From Candidatus Poribacteria bacterium (GTDB lineage Bacteria > Poribacteria > WGA-4E > UBA9662), in the NCBI GenBank assembly GCA_046582655.1, contig JAYGDX010000033.1:1-52683 (forward strand): a stretch of DNA of 52,683 bases. The letters run 5' to 3'. The notes beneath the pieces were generated by a model, which worked only from the letters and a program-made list of their open reading frames with translations, did not search any database and was not told the origin of the DNA. A program made the translations under genes and the position numbers. Shown here one piece after another: positions 30,980 to 41,194 of this stretch (the first letter of the stretch is position 1; each line of letters begins with the position of its first letter).

Positions 30980-32668
30980 CTAGTTGCCAATTGTAATTTG
31001 ACTTAGCCCCTTTCCTTCCTCTACCCGAAAAAATTGATCGGCGTTAATTCCTTTGAAGTGCTCAGTAAGTCCACTCGGCCAATGGATTTCCACAAGATCA
31101 ACGACTGTCGACTGCCCCAAACCAAAATGTAGGCGCATGTCGCTGTGAGAAGGATAACTACCGCCACTTTTGACTTCACGTATCTGAGAGTGCCCTGATA
31201 CCACCACTTTGATACGAACGCCAATCCCATCCCGATTACTCCGAGTACCAACCATTTCAAATACCAGCCAGTGGCTCTGACCGTCAGTATCGTTTCTCAA
31301 TAAATTCGGCGACTGGTGAGAGTTAGTGACCAAAATATCGATATCCCCATCATTATCGTAATCTCCCAAGGCGACACCGCGACTTACCTTTTTTAAATCT
31401 AGCCCCGGACCAGATTGGTCTGAAACATCTTCGAAACTTTGATGACCGCCGTTTCTGAACAGTTGGTTAGGCTGTTCGTAGGTCATGCTTGGCCGAATTT
31501 GCTGGATATTATCATCGATATGCCCGTTGACGATAAAGAGATCTAAATAGCCGTCGTTATCTAGATCCGCAAATTCGGCTCCCCAAGAGAGATAAGCCAG
31601 CCCCTGTCCACCAATTCCCGATTGATAGGTTATATCAGAGAAAAAACCGTTTCTATCGTTTTGATATACGTTATTTGGTTCGTCATGAAAATTTGTGATC
31701 ACTAAATCGAACCAACCATCATTATTAATGTCTCCGAAAATGGGTGCCATACTGCTTTCAGCCGATCCTGTCTCGCTAAGGGCGACTCCGCTTTGAAACG
31801 CAACATCAGTAAATGTACCATCATTGTTATTTTTGTGTAGCCTGTCTGCCACCTTATCATTAGCCACAAACAGATCGATATCACCATCATTGTCGTAATC
31901 GCACCAGCAAATTCCCATGGCTTTGTCATCAGGATAAAATAAGTTGGCTTTTTGGGTGCAGTCGGAAAAAGTACCATCTCCATTGTTACGATAAAGGACG
32001 CTCGGTGAACCAGTGAATACTTCCGGAGTACAGTAGAGTTGAACACCAGACCTACCACAGACCGGATTATTTTCTAATCGATATTCCACATAATTGGCAA
32101 CAAATAAATCAATATCATTATCATTATCATAATCAGCAAAGGCCGCAGCCACTCCCCATCGATTATCGCCCACACCAGCGATTTCCGTAGTGTCCGTGAA
32201 AGTGCCATCTCCATTGTTATGGTACAAAACATTTGGACCGTAGTTCACCACGTAAAGATCTAAAAAACCGTCGTTGTCATAATCACCAATGGCGCAACTA
32301 AATCCATATCCCTGATCACCGATGGATGCTTCTAAAGTTATATCTGTGAAAGTGCCATCTCCATTGTTATGGTAAAGGGCGTTTTTTCCAACCGTAGATG
32401 TTCCGGGTAAAGCTGTACCATTTACGAAGTAAATGTCGAGATCTCCATCTCTATCATAATCAAACCAAGCTGCACCAGACCCGAGCGTTTCCAGATAATA
32501 CTTTTTTCCACTGCGACCGTCTTCATGCTTAAATAGAATACCCGATTCAGGAGTGACATCAGTGAAATGTATAGCCGGGCTAATTGGAAGATTTGCCACC
32601 CAAAGAGTTAGACAATTTACGATCCAAGAAGCATAAACTCCTCGCCTGTTTCTTTCATTTTTTTGCAT
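30980..32668 (-). CDS. CRTAC1 family protein (FG-GAP/VCBS repeats with ASPIC/UnbV domain)
   Basis: Repeated DYDNDGxxD motifs, LYHNNGDGTFTD, SNRDGIGVR and LHFGLG. Confidence 0.92.
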   Translation of the reverse strand: MQKNERNRRGVYASWIVNCLTLWVANLPISPAIHFTDVTPESGILFKHEDGRSGKKYYLETLGSGAAWFDYDRDGDLDIYFVNGTALPGTSTVGKNALYHNNGDGTFTDITLEASIGDQGYGFSCAIGDYDNDGFLDLYVVNYGPNVLYHNNGDGTFTDTTEIAGVGDNRWGVAAAFADYDNDNDIDLFVANYVEYRLENNPVCGRSGVQLYCTPEVFTGSPSVLYRNNGDGTFSDCTQKANLFYPDDKAMGICWCDYDNDGDIDLFVANDKVADRLHKNNNDGTFTDVAFQSGVALSETGSAESSMAPIFGDINNDGWFDLVITNFHDEPNNVYQNDRNGFFSDITYQSGIGGQGLAYLSWGAEFADLDNDGYLDLFIVNGHIDDNIQQIRPSMTYEQPNQLFRNGGHQSFEDVSDQSGPGLDLKKVSRGVALGDYDNDGDIDILVTNSHQSPNLLRNDTDGQSHWLVFEMVGTRSNRDGIGVRIKVVVSGHSQIREVKSGGSYPSHSDMRLHFGLGQSTVVDLVEIHWPSGLTEHFKGINADQFFRVEEGKGLSQITIGN

Positions 32669-34577
32669 TATTTTTTTCTAGCTCTTTAATCTCTTGAATT
32701 GCCTTTAAACCTTCTTGGAAAACTCGATTATTGGATTCTAAACTTAAGGCTTTTTTAATTGTTTCTTCAGCTCGATCATAGTTTTTTTGCAGGTAATACA
32801 GCCAGGATAGTGTGTTGAGATATGCCGCTGAACTAGGTTGAAGTTCAACTGCTTTCCTAGCTAGTTCCAAAGCTTTATTCTGATATTTACCCCAACTCCC
32901 ATATAAATGAGCTAAACGCTCATAAGCATCAGCAAATGACGGTTTAGCTTTAATAACGCGCTGATAGGCATTTTCTGCCTGCTGATATTGTTCTCGCTCC
33001 GCATAGATTCTGCCCATGAGGTAATGTACTTCAACCATATCAGGTGCACTTTTCAGCACCGTGTTGTAATGTTCTATCGCTTCGTCAAATTTGCCCTGTT
33101 TTGAAGTAACAATTCCTAGACGATAATGGGCGATAACAAGATTGGGGGAGCCCTTCAAAACTTCATAATAATGATGGTGTGCCGCTAACAGCTTCTCTTG
33201 ACGTAGATTGAGTTCTCCAAGAGCAAGGTGTGCCTGTTCCTGATAACGGTCGGATTGCTTTTGGTCAGTGAAATCAGAAGATAGGGATAATAAGGCGTAG
33301 AAGGCGTTTTTAGCTTCCTGTAGAAGAGAAAGCTTTAAAGCAATATTGCCAAGATTTAGCAGAACTTCAGGTAAATTCGGCTGTAACTTCCTGGCTTGGC
33401 GGTAGGCATTGAGTGCGAGTTTGTAATCGCTGTCGTCCTTAGTACTCTCCGCCTTTTTCAACCGAATGAATCCGAGACCAGCATGAGCTTCAGCCATTTT
33501 CGGATTCAGCTGGATTGCTTGCTGCTGGGCTTGGTTAGCTTGGCTGAAACGCTTAAGCAGAGAAAAAGCTCGACCAAGTCCATTATAGGCTTCGACCAAG
33601 TTCGGGTTATAGGAAATCGCTCTTTGGTAATATTGTATTGCTTTTTCATGTTTTCCTTCGTTCAAGTAAAGTGTGCCCAAGTTATTAACAAGTATGGCAC
33701 GCTGATGCGAAAAAGGATCTGTTTCATCTCTTTCCCACTGCTGAAACATCTTCATTTCCCGTTCTGCTTTTGCTTTTTTCCCTTGTTTGAAATATAGCAG
33801 TGCCAATTGATAATGGGCATAGGGCAGAGATGGATCTTGTTGGATAGCTGAGACAAACGCCTCTTCTGCCGTCTCCCATTTCTTCTTACGAATTGATACA
33901 AGACCAAGTTGAAAATGAGTGTCGGCCAAAGGCTGTATTTGAATAGATCGGTGGCAATACGTTTCCGCCGCCTCCAACAATCCTTGTTCCAGTGAAATCC
34001 GGCTTAGATAGTAATATATATCAGCCTTTGATGTTGTCGCTATTTTGTTAATCCAATCCCAATTTTTATTTCTGAAATGGGATGATGGAAGAAAATGTTG
34101 AAGATGGCTTTCCGTTGGTTGTATCAGGTGTATTGATCTTAAAAAAGCTTCTTCTGCTTCTTTGTGTTGGTGCAATTGAAAGTAAGACAGTCCAAGTTGG
34201 ATATAGATTTCACCATGATTTGGAAACAGACGGATCAATTTCCGGAATATTGCGATAGATTCCTCATACTTTTTCTGTAATTGATAAGTTCGTCCGAGCC
34301 AGTAATTTCCTTTTTCGGATTTTGGATCTAACTCGATTGTCTTCTGAAATGCGAGAATTGCTTCTTCCAAAATATCATAGGCCAAATAAGCTAAGCTCAG
34401 GGAGAGTCTTGCCTCTACAGAATCGGGGTTCTCCGCTATAGTTTTCTGGTATCTTATTATCGCTTGGGTAACATCATTTCCCTTCTCGTTATCTTGCGCT
34501 GGCAAAAATTGACAGATAAAAAGGCTAACACCAGAAATGAGTATCCAAACTACTATTGATAAACGCAGTGACGCCAT
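32655..34577 (-). CDS. Exported tetratricopeptide repeat protein
   Basis: N-terminal hydrophobic signal; many TPRs; 14-bp overlap with the CRTAC1 gene. Confidence 0.9.
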   Translation of the reverse strand: MASLRLSIVVWILISGVSLFICQFLPAQDNEKGNDVTQAIIRYQKTIAENPDSVEARLSLSLAYLAYDILEEAILAFQKTIELDPKSEKGNYWLGRTYQLQKKYEESIAIFRKLIRLFPNHGEIYIQLGLSYFQLHQHKEAEEAFLRSIHLIQPTESHLQHFLPSSHFRNKNWDWINKIATTSKADIYYYLSRISLEQGLLEAAETYCHRSIQIQPLADTHFQLGLVSIRKKKWETAEEAFVSAIQQDPSLPYAHYQLALLYFKQGKKAKAEREMKMFQQWERDETDPFSHQRAILVNNLGTLYLNEGKHEKAIQYYQRAISYNPNLVEAYNGLGRAFSLLKRFSQANQAQQQAIQLNPKMAEAHAGLGFIRLKKAESTKDDSDYKLALNAYRQARKLQPNLPEVLLNLGNIALKLSLLQEAKNAFYALLSLSSDFTDQKQSDRYQEQAHLALGELNLRQEKLLAAHHHYYEVLKGSPNLVIAHYRLGIVTSKQGKFDEAIEHYNTVLKSAPDMVEVHYLMGRIYAEREQYQQAENAYQRVIKAKPSFADAYERLAHLYGSWGKYQNKALELARKAVELQPSSAAYLNTLSWLYYLQKNYDRAEETIKKALSLESNNRVFQEGLKAIQEIKELEKNNAKK

Positions 34578-34801
34578 GAACGAGTAATTTCCTTGAGATG
34601 CGTTTACAACTGGTGAGTGGAATTCAGATCAACTAGGTCCAAAGGTAACACCATGTCAAGGCTGTTGATTAGAAAACTCATACACGAACAGGTTATTAAA
34701 TAAGTTCCAACATTCGAATACGAATTCGGTCATCTTGACGACATACCTACTGGGACGAAACTGTTGTCACATTCATGTCCTGGCATTAAAATTTACTTAC
34801 A

Positions 34802-35644
34802 TTACTGAAATTTGTGCTTGATGCTTCCCCATGAACTGGCGAGTTTATAGGATGGCTGTACAGCAAGGCCGCGCATAGACTCACCGATCTCCTGTTTGGT
34901 CTTAATCCGTGGTGAGAGACGAACTTCGTCCAACTTTCCATCAAGCGCATAACGATCCAGCGCGGGGTTTGATTGGTAAGTGCCAAGAGAGGCTTTGCCA
35001 CCCACGACTTTCAATGCTTGATCTTTATGCTCAATCTGGTGAAAGAGATTACCATCGATGTACCATTGGATTTTACCGCCTTTCTTACCATTAATCTTGT
35101 GAGTAATAGCAACATGGGACCATTTACCAAATTCCCATTTAACATCAGCAGTGTGAGTGGTATACTTGGCACCATTAGCATACTGGTATGCCAATTTCCC
35201 ACTGCCTTTGTAGATATAAATCCAGTGATAACCTGCTCCTGCACCTTGACCATGTTTGCTGTAGAAAGTTGACCAATTGGAGTTTAGTCCATCAAGATTT
35301 ACCCATGTTTCAAAGGTGATCTCGTCGTCTGTATCCAGTTTTTGGGACTCTGGGATTTCAATGAAATTTGCGTTACTGAAGGCCAGTGCAGTACCCAAGT
35401 GAAGTTCAGGGCCTTTAACCCATTTCGGTTCTTTATTCCCTCCAAGTTTGGCGTGGTTTTCATTACCGGAAAAATCTTTGGCCACTTTTCCATTGCCTTC
35501 GTCAAAGTGGAAGGAAAAGATCGTGCCTTTGTCGTAGCGATCCGGTTTTTTTCCTTGCACAAGCAAAGGGATCGACATCAAGAAAATGGCAGCCACCAAC
35601 ACAGTTGTGAGAGTGGATGAGTACGAAAAATTCGACTCTTTCAT
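34802..35644 (-). CDS. Exported LamG-like jellyroll protein with C-terminal AVxPxxKLxxxWGxIK tail
   Basis: Signal peptide, HFDEGNG..AKDFSGN, TFETWV, KWSHVAIT, YIDG, GKLDEVR; AGGAG RBS before ATG 35644. Confidence 0.88.
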   Translation of the reverse strand: MKESNFSYSSTLTTVLVAAIFLMSIPLLVQGKKPDRYDKGTIFSFHFDEGNGKVAKDFSGNENHAKLGGNKEPKWVKGPELHLGTALAFSNANFIEIPESQKLDTDDEITFETWVNLDGLNSNWSTFYSKHGQGAGAGYHWIYIYKGSGKLAYQYANGAKYTTHTADVKWEFGKWSHVAITHKINGKKGGKIQWYIDGNLFHQIEHKDQALKVVGGKASLGTYQSNPALDRYALDGKLDEVRLSPRIKTKQEIGESMRGLAVQPSYKLASSWGSIKHKFQ

Positions 35645-35864
35645 AGGAACTATCTCCTCTCTTAGATCAGGCATTTGATTTTTTATAAATTACATTGTTA
35701 TTGAGTGAAAATGAGAGCCGTAAATAGAGCATCGACGGTTGGTTGTTGCCCAAGCTACCATTTAGCATGTTTCATGGCCCATCCCGTGCTGCCTTCTCTG
35801 AACCTCGCACACGTTTTTAGCTGACAGTTTGTCCTCTGTAGCTCACGTTTGCAGTTATAAGCAA

Positions 35865-37211
35865 TCACCCACTGTCTGATTGATTCGTTTGGCGGCGCTC
35901 CTCCGCCTTCTCCTTAATTTTATCAGCAAAATCGGGGTAATCGGCCATGGCTTGCACGAAATCGTCTCTTTCCAAGACAAATAACTCGCAATAAGTCAAT
36001 GTCTTAACGGATGCCGTACGCCTAACTGAATCAAGTAACGCGATTTCACCAAAAAATGAGCCGCTTTTCATTATGCCAACAATTGTATTATCTGCTTTAG
36101 AGATTTGTACTTCACCATGATTGATAAAATACATTTCGTGACCGATTTGGCCTTCGTGAATCAAGTAGTCTTCAGGCGGGAGCACAATTGGTCTCAGCTT
36201 TGCCAATATCTGTTCAATAAATTGGGAATCGGCATCTTTAAACATAGGCACAGATTCAATCAGTCTCTGATTTAGGCACAGAGATATTTGCGTGCTCAAA
36301 CTTCGAGGCAAATCATTCAAGTAATATTTCTCGACTGAAAGAAAGTCTGTTGACGTGTCCCTATTGTATTCCCACATGTATTGATAGTAACTCCGAACTT
36401 TTTTTTGCAACTCCTGTGGCACCTTTTTTTCTCGCAAGTAAGTTTGAATCCTGTCTAATTTTTCACGAAATCGTGATCGACTCGCATTCATATCTGAGAT
36501 TACAGAAGCCACATTACCAATGATAAATGCATACATTGTTACGCCTAGCATCATGACGAAAATAGTGAACCCAAGTTCCTGCCCCGTCTGCTCTGCGGAA
36601 GAAAGATTGTCATATCCGACAGTCGTTAGCGTCATAACTGACCAGTATAAGGCCTGCAAGTAGCCATGAAAACTAATATTAATTTCACGAATCAAAAACC
36701 AGATACAGGCAATCCAGTGCTCAACTAGAAAGATGACAATCAGCAACCTTAGAAGCCGGATGAGAACTGGGTTGGAGTTAATACTATCTTCCCAAACTTT
36801 GAAGACAGAAAAGCTATCAGAAATACGTAATAAACGCGGAATCCTGAGAAGTACGACCTTCCATACTTCCAGATTCGGATAGAGCAATCTGGCAAAAATA
36901 TCGATGGGAATGCTAGAAAATAAGTGCTTCCAGAAACCAGTTTGGAAGTAATTTTTTCTAACATGTACTTTGTCGTTAATAAACTGACCTCTCTCAATGT
37001 AACCAATACTAAACCTTAAGAATAGGTTGGAAATTAAGATTAAATCGAATCCAAGATCTAGGACAAATCCGAGATCTAGAACTGATATACTAACTATCTT
37101 ACCTATAGTCGCCACCTGAAACGGGATAAAGATATAATTATAAATAGTGGTGAATACTATTAGTGTGTTCCAAAAACTAACGATCTTGGATTCTGGATGT
37201 AAAATCTTCAT
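35865..37211 (-). CDS. Cyclic nucleotide-gated ion channel (6TM, C-linker, CNBD)
   Basis: S4 LLRIPRLLR, pore ALYWSVMTLTTVGYD, CNBD FFGEIALL..RRTASV. Confidence 0.92.
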   Translation of the reverse strand: MKILHPESKIVSFWNTLIVFTTIYNYIFIPFQVATIGKIVSISVLDLGFVLDLGFDLILISNLFLRFSIGYIERGQFINDKVHVRKNYFQTGFWKHLFSSIPIDIFARLLYPNLEVWKVVLLRIPRLLRISDSFSVFKVWEDSINSNPVLIRLLRLLIVIFLVEHWIACIWFLIREINISFHGYLQALYWSVMTLTTVGYDNLSSAEQTGQELGFTIFVMMLGVTMYAFIIGNVASVISDMNASRSRFREKLDRIQTYLREKKVPQELQKKVRSYYQYMWEYNRDTSTDFLSVEKYYLNDLPRSLSTQISLCLNQRLIESVPMFKDADSQFIEQILAKLRPIVLPPEDYLIHEGQIGHEMYFINHGEVQISKADNTIVGIMKSGSFFGEIALLDSVRRTASVKTLTYCELFVLERDDFVQAMADYPDFADKIKEKAEERRQTNQSDSG

Positions 37212-37290
37212 CGCACTCGAGTTGCTAATTTGGTGTGTAACTTGCCCATCATCAGGAAGAATGATACTTAATTTTTATCGGTTGATAAAT

Positions 37291-37407
37291 TATAAAAGGG
37301 ATTAGACTAGTTTATAGAATTATTTCTAGATGCGACCCTTTTATATACTTGTTTTTGCTTGTCATAGTAACTAGTTTAACACTTTTTTTGTGTGCTAAAC
37401 TAGTCTA
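37291..37407. repeat. Overlapping inverted repeats upstream of the channel gene (possible operators)
   Basis: TAGACTAGTTTA (37303-37314) and its exact reverse complement (37396-37407); third ACTAGT at 37370; TATAAAAGGG (37291-37300) pairs with CCCTTTTATA (37336-37345). Confidence 0.6.
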
Positions 37408-37490
37408 GCCTTTAAACAATGTTTGTGGAACATCACTTAACATGGAAGTATTGGCGAACAACCAGGCATAATCATTCGTTAGAATTGGTA

Positions 37491-39119
37491 TTAGTAACCT
37501 CTGGAAAATTCGCCCTCTTCCCGTGTAATCACTTCGAGCAATGCGGGTCGACCAGCTTCTGTCTCTTTTTGTGCTCGCTTTATAGACGGAATGATGTCAT
37601 CCGGATCTTCAACCCTTTCACTGTACCCCCCTAATCCTTCAGCCACTTTGGTGTAGTCACCAGACAGAAACTTGGTTCCGTATTTCTCCGTAGCAGTCGG
37701 TAAATGATGTTCATAGCCGCCAAGTGCTGAATTGTTGAGAATGATGGTCAAGATCGGGATTTGCTCACGAACGGCTGTTTCGAAATCCATACCCACCATC
37801 CCGAAAGCGGCATCACCCATGATGTTGACAGCTAGTTTCTCTGGTGCAGCCAATTTTGCACCCATGATTAATCCTAGCCCATAGCCCAACTGGGTGGACT
37901 TCCCCCATCCGATATAGCTGCGGGGTGTGAGGGCCTCATAAAACGGGACCACCTGATCACGCGGATTACCAGAATCGTGGGTAATAATAGTTTGTTCCCG
38001 ATCAACGGTCTGCATCAAATCCCAAATCAGACGATAGGGGTTAATCGGAACTTCATTTGAGGTGAGTTTTGGCATCCATTCCGACAGCCACTGCTCTTTA
38101 ACCTGTTGAATTTCTAGACTGGGATCGTTTCTATTCTTCGTACCAAGTTGCGTCTTGGCCTGATCGATTAATTGTTTCAAAACTAACCTGGAATCCCCAA
38201 TGATAGCTTGATCTATAGCATAATCTTTATTAATATCATATTCATCAATCGAGTTCTGAATCATGATTTTTCCGTCAGGAATTTGCGTCGACATGACCGA
38301 TTTTGAAAAGCTACATCCCAATCCGATAACCAGATCAGCTTTAGGTAGAAAATGCTTGACCATACCGGTACCGGTATAACCGCTGGTACCTAGCGACAAA
38401 GGGTGATTTTCTGGAAAAGCACTTTTACCAGCCAGTGTTGTCATTACTGGAACCTTAATTAACTCGGAAAACTCAACCAACTCATCGGTTGCTTCCGCGT
38501 AAAGAACACCCTGTCCGACGTGAAGAATTGGACTTTCCGCTGCCATCAGCGTCTTGATAGCCTTATTGATAGCCTGTGGATCGCCAGATGGTCTGACTGG
38601 TTGTGGGATATGGTACTTGAAATTGTCGTCAATATCTTCCGCGGCCACATCAGTCGGCATCTCAAGCATTACTGGTGCAGGATGTCCCATTCGCAATAGA
38701 CTGAAGGCTCGTCGCATCATGTCTGGTACCCGATCAGCGAGGTTAATCTGAGCTACCCATTTAGTTACTCCAGCATAATTCTTAACCGCTTCAAAATTGG
38801 TTGGTATATCCATACTGTGGCGACTGACACAACCGGGAAGGATCAGGATCGGCACAGAATCGGAAAAGGCCTGGGCGACTCCGGCGAACGCGTTCTCACT
38901 ACCTGGTCCCGCTTGTACGGTAGCCACGCCTAGACGTTTCCCATTAGTAATCCGGCTAAACCCATCAGCCATGTTGATTAGTGTTCGTTCAGTACGTGTC
39001 ATAATGGGACGGATATCAATTTTGGCTGCGGCGTCGATCAGCGTATTGGCGGGAAAGCAGAATAGGTATTCTACCCCTTCTAATTTTAATATTTTGGCAA
39101 CGGCATCAACACTTTTCAT
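37491..39119 (-). CDS. Thiamine diphosphate-dependent enzyme (acetolactate synthase-like fold)
   Basis: RTERT catalytic Glu region, GPGSEN, MGDAAFGM...LNN ThDP motif. Confidence 0.9.
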   Translation of the reverse strand: MKSVDAVAKILKLEGVEYLFCFPANTLIDAAAKIDIRPIMTRTERTLINMADGFSRITNGKRLGVATVQAGPGSENAFAGVAQAFSDSVPILILPGCVSRHSMDIPTNFEAVKNYAGVTKWVAQINLADRVPDMMRRAFSLLRMGHPAPVMLEMPTDVAAEDIDDNFKYHIPQPVRPSGDPQAINKAIKTLMAAESPILHVGQGVLYAEATDELVEFSELIKVPVMTTLAGKSAFPENHPLSLGTSGYTGTGMVKHFLPKADLVIGLGCSFSKSVMSTQIPDGKIMIQNSIDEYDINKDYAIDQAIIGDSRLVLKQLIDQAKTQLGTKNRNDPSLEIQQVKEQWLSEWMPKLTSNEVPINPYRLIWDLMQTVDREQTIITHDSGNPRDQVVPFYEALTPRSYIGWGKSTQLGYGLGLIMGAKLAAPEKLAVNIMGDAAFGMVGMDFETAVREQIPILTIILNNSALGGYEHHLPTATEKYGTKFLSGDYTKVAEGLGGYSERVEDPDDIIPSIKRAQKETEAGRPALLEVITREEGEFSRGY

Positions 39120-39197
39120 CTTTAACTCCTTTTGAAAGCGTTATGATTTAACTTAATTTGGATTTCGATTCAAGCAGATAGAAAGACGGTGTCAGGA

Positions 39198-40010
39198 TTA
39201 GGCAAAATCTAAAAGTTTAACTAGGTTACCACCCTTGACTTTTAATTTATCGGCGGTTGAAAATCCATTCATATGAACATCAACAATCTGGTGACTGCCG
39301 CTTCCCCATACCATTCGGTCCGGTCCGAAGGCTTCAAACACTCTGGCAGTAAAAGGTCGGGCACTCAAATAAAAAGGCGTATCCTTGGCGAAGTGATTCA
39401 ATCCGGAAAGTTTCATGTAGACTTTATCAAAATTAGCGAGATCTAACACGTGAGCATATTCAACCGCGTTGCCCATATGCGGTTCCGCCAAATGATCGAT
39501 TAGCACGGTAGACTCAGGGTAAATATCCAATATCTCTGCGATCTGGAGGGCGTAATTCGGCCCAATGTGCAATTCGATTATCAATTTGAGTTCCAATGCT
39601 TTCTTCCATAGGTTCCGAACGCCTACATCAGCAAAACTATTCAGGTATGTCTCTTTGCCACGATGCGCATGAAACCTGAGAGCTACAATCTGTGGTAGCT
39701 GTGCCACTAAGGCTGTCAACTTTGATGGGGCATTAGCATCCTGAGGATAAAACAGACAGGTACCTCGAAATCTCTCTTTTTCCTGACTTAGGCAGTCTAG
39801 GATTAATCGGTGGTCATCCCCGTAAGGTTCCGGATGTACCAATACCGATCGATCAATCCCTTCCTGTTCCATATGATCCAAATAATCCTGAAGAGGGTCA
39901 ACCGATTTCTGTGACAGATCTGGATGGTAGGCAGCTCGAGGGTGGAAGGGATAACGTTGTAAATCCGGGCTGAAAATGTGGGTATTCCATTCGATAATCA
40001 TTTCAATCAT
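39198..40010 (-). CDS. Amidohydrolase_2 family protein (lactonase-like)
   Basis: IIEWNTHIF, YGDDH, LIDHLAEP, YMKLSG, FGPDRMVWGS; start ATG 40010 or 40001. Confidence 0.82.
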   Translation of the reverse strand: MIEMIIEWNTHIFSPDLQRYPFHPRAAYHPDLSQKSVDPLQDYLDHMEQEGIDRSVLVHPEPYGDDHRLILDCLSQEKERFRGTCLFYPQDANAPSKLTALVAQLPQIVALRFHAHRGKETYLNSFADVGVRNLWKKALELKLIIELHIGPNYALQIAEILDIYPESTVLIDHLAEPHMGNAVEYAHVLDLANFDKVYMKLSGLNHFAKDTPFYLSARPFTARVFEAFGPDRMVWGSGSHQIVDVHMNGFSTADKLKVKGGNLVKLLDFA

Positions 40011-40018
40011 TCTGCCTT

Positions 40019-40987
40019 TTATCGATACACCGATTGGATCAATCCGCGAATGTATCCGACGGCATAGGCACGCCCCGCCCAACCGGCTTGTTGTTGTGCA
40101 AACTGCGGGGTATGATCCATCATAAAGGGACCGTTAAAACCGACGTCCCGGTAAATTTTCATGGCATGGTGCATGTCAATATCTCCTTCATCTAAGAAAA
40201 CTTCCTGAAAACTGGGTAAAACACCTCGAACATTTCGGAAATGGACGAAAATGATTTTGTTCTGAGATCCCATCTCTGCGATTGCATCGTAGACGTTGAC
40301 TCCCATCTCAGTCACACATCCTTGGCAAAACAGCATACCATTAGCTCCGGAAGGGACAATGTCGAAAATCTGGCGGTACTGATCCAAAGTTGAAGCAATC
40401 TGAGCCACGCCAGCCAGAGATTCGGGAATCGGTGGATCATCGGGATGAAGGGCCATGCGCACTCCAGCTTGTTCTGCTACTGGAATCACCTGTTCCAGGA
40501 AATAGGTGATATGTTCCCACATCTGGTCTTCAGAGACAACCGGTTGACGCAGTTGCGGACGGTTCTGGTCAAACTCATCGTAATCGAAGGTGCTGTACTT
40601 AGCACCACCTCTGCCTGTTTTTGACGGCGTTCGGAAGTTACCCATCGGCTTAAAATTGTATCCCAGTGCTGGTATCTCCACGGACCCAATGTTACGAATC
40701 ATCTGGCACCAAGCTTCAACTTTCTCCTCCCGATCAGGCGTAGCCAGCGTGATTTCATCCCAACCCGCCATAAAAACACTGTGGAGTAACATCCCGTGTG
40801 ATTCCACTTTAGCCTTGGCTACCTCAAAGAAATTGGTATTATCTCCATTTTCTCGCAAATCCAGTTCACCGCCCATCCGGTGCATCGATCGGATGTCAAG
40901 ACAAAGATAATCAATGCCTATGGTTCTGAAAAAACTGAGATGCTCGTCATCAAACTGATTCCAGCTTAGTAAATCTTGAATGTACAT
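40019..40987 (-). CDS. uxuA: Mannonate dehydratase family protein
   Basis: YNF, MWEHITYFLEQVIPVAE, LHPDDPP, FCQGC, VHFRNV, GDIDM, DHTP, AYAVGYIRGL; AGGGA RBS before ATG 40987. Exact substrate uncertain. Confidence 0.82.
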   Translation of the reverse strand: MYIQDLLSWNQFDDEHLSFFRTIGIDYLCLDIRSMHRMGGELDLRENGDNTNFFEVAKAKVESHGMLLHSVFMAGWDEITLATPDREEKVEAWCQMIRNIGSVEIPALGYNFKPMGNFRTPSKTGRGGAKYSTFDYDEFDQNRPQLRQPVVSEDQMWEHITYFLEQVIPVAEQAGVRMALHPDDPPIPESLAGVAQIASTLDQYRQIFDIVPSGANGMLFCQGCVTEMGVNVYDAIAEMGSQNKIIFVHFRNVRGVLPSFQEVFLDEGDIDMHHAMKIYRDVGFNGPFMMDHTPQFAQQQAGWAGRAYAVGYIRGLIQSVYR

Positions 40988-41194
40988 GATTTTCCCTAAT
41001 AATCGGTTCCAGTGCTTAACATTGACATTGTCTTCTTTATAGCTTGCTCCTATTATAGCTTGATTAGCAATTGAAGATGACAGAAAATTCGGTACATCCT
41101 GTTTTTGAAAACTACAGAACATGATATAATTCGCATTTGTGTTTTGTAAATAGTTTTCTGTGTAACTGCTTGGATGTAATCTTGGGAGTATAAT

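Noticed and set aside
32200..32380. Repeated GTGAAAGTGCCATCTCCATTGTTATGGTA as a mobile or regulatory repeat
   Set aside because: Explained by the protein-level YHNNGDGTFT repeats of the CRTAC1 gene.
35675..35864. c-di-GMP riboswitch upstream of the LamG gene
   Set aside because: A GACAAAC-like word is present on the minus strand but the GNRA stem and second conserved motif are not.
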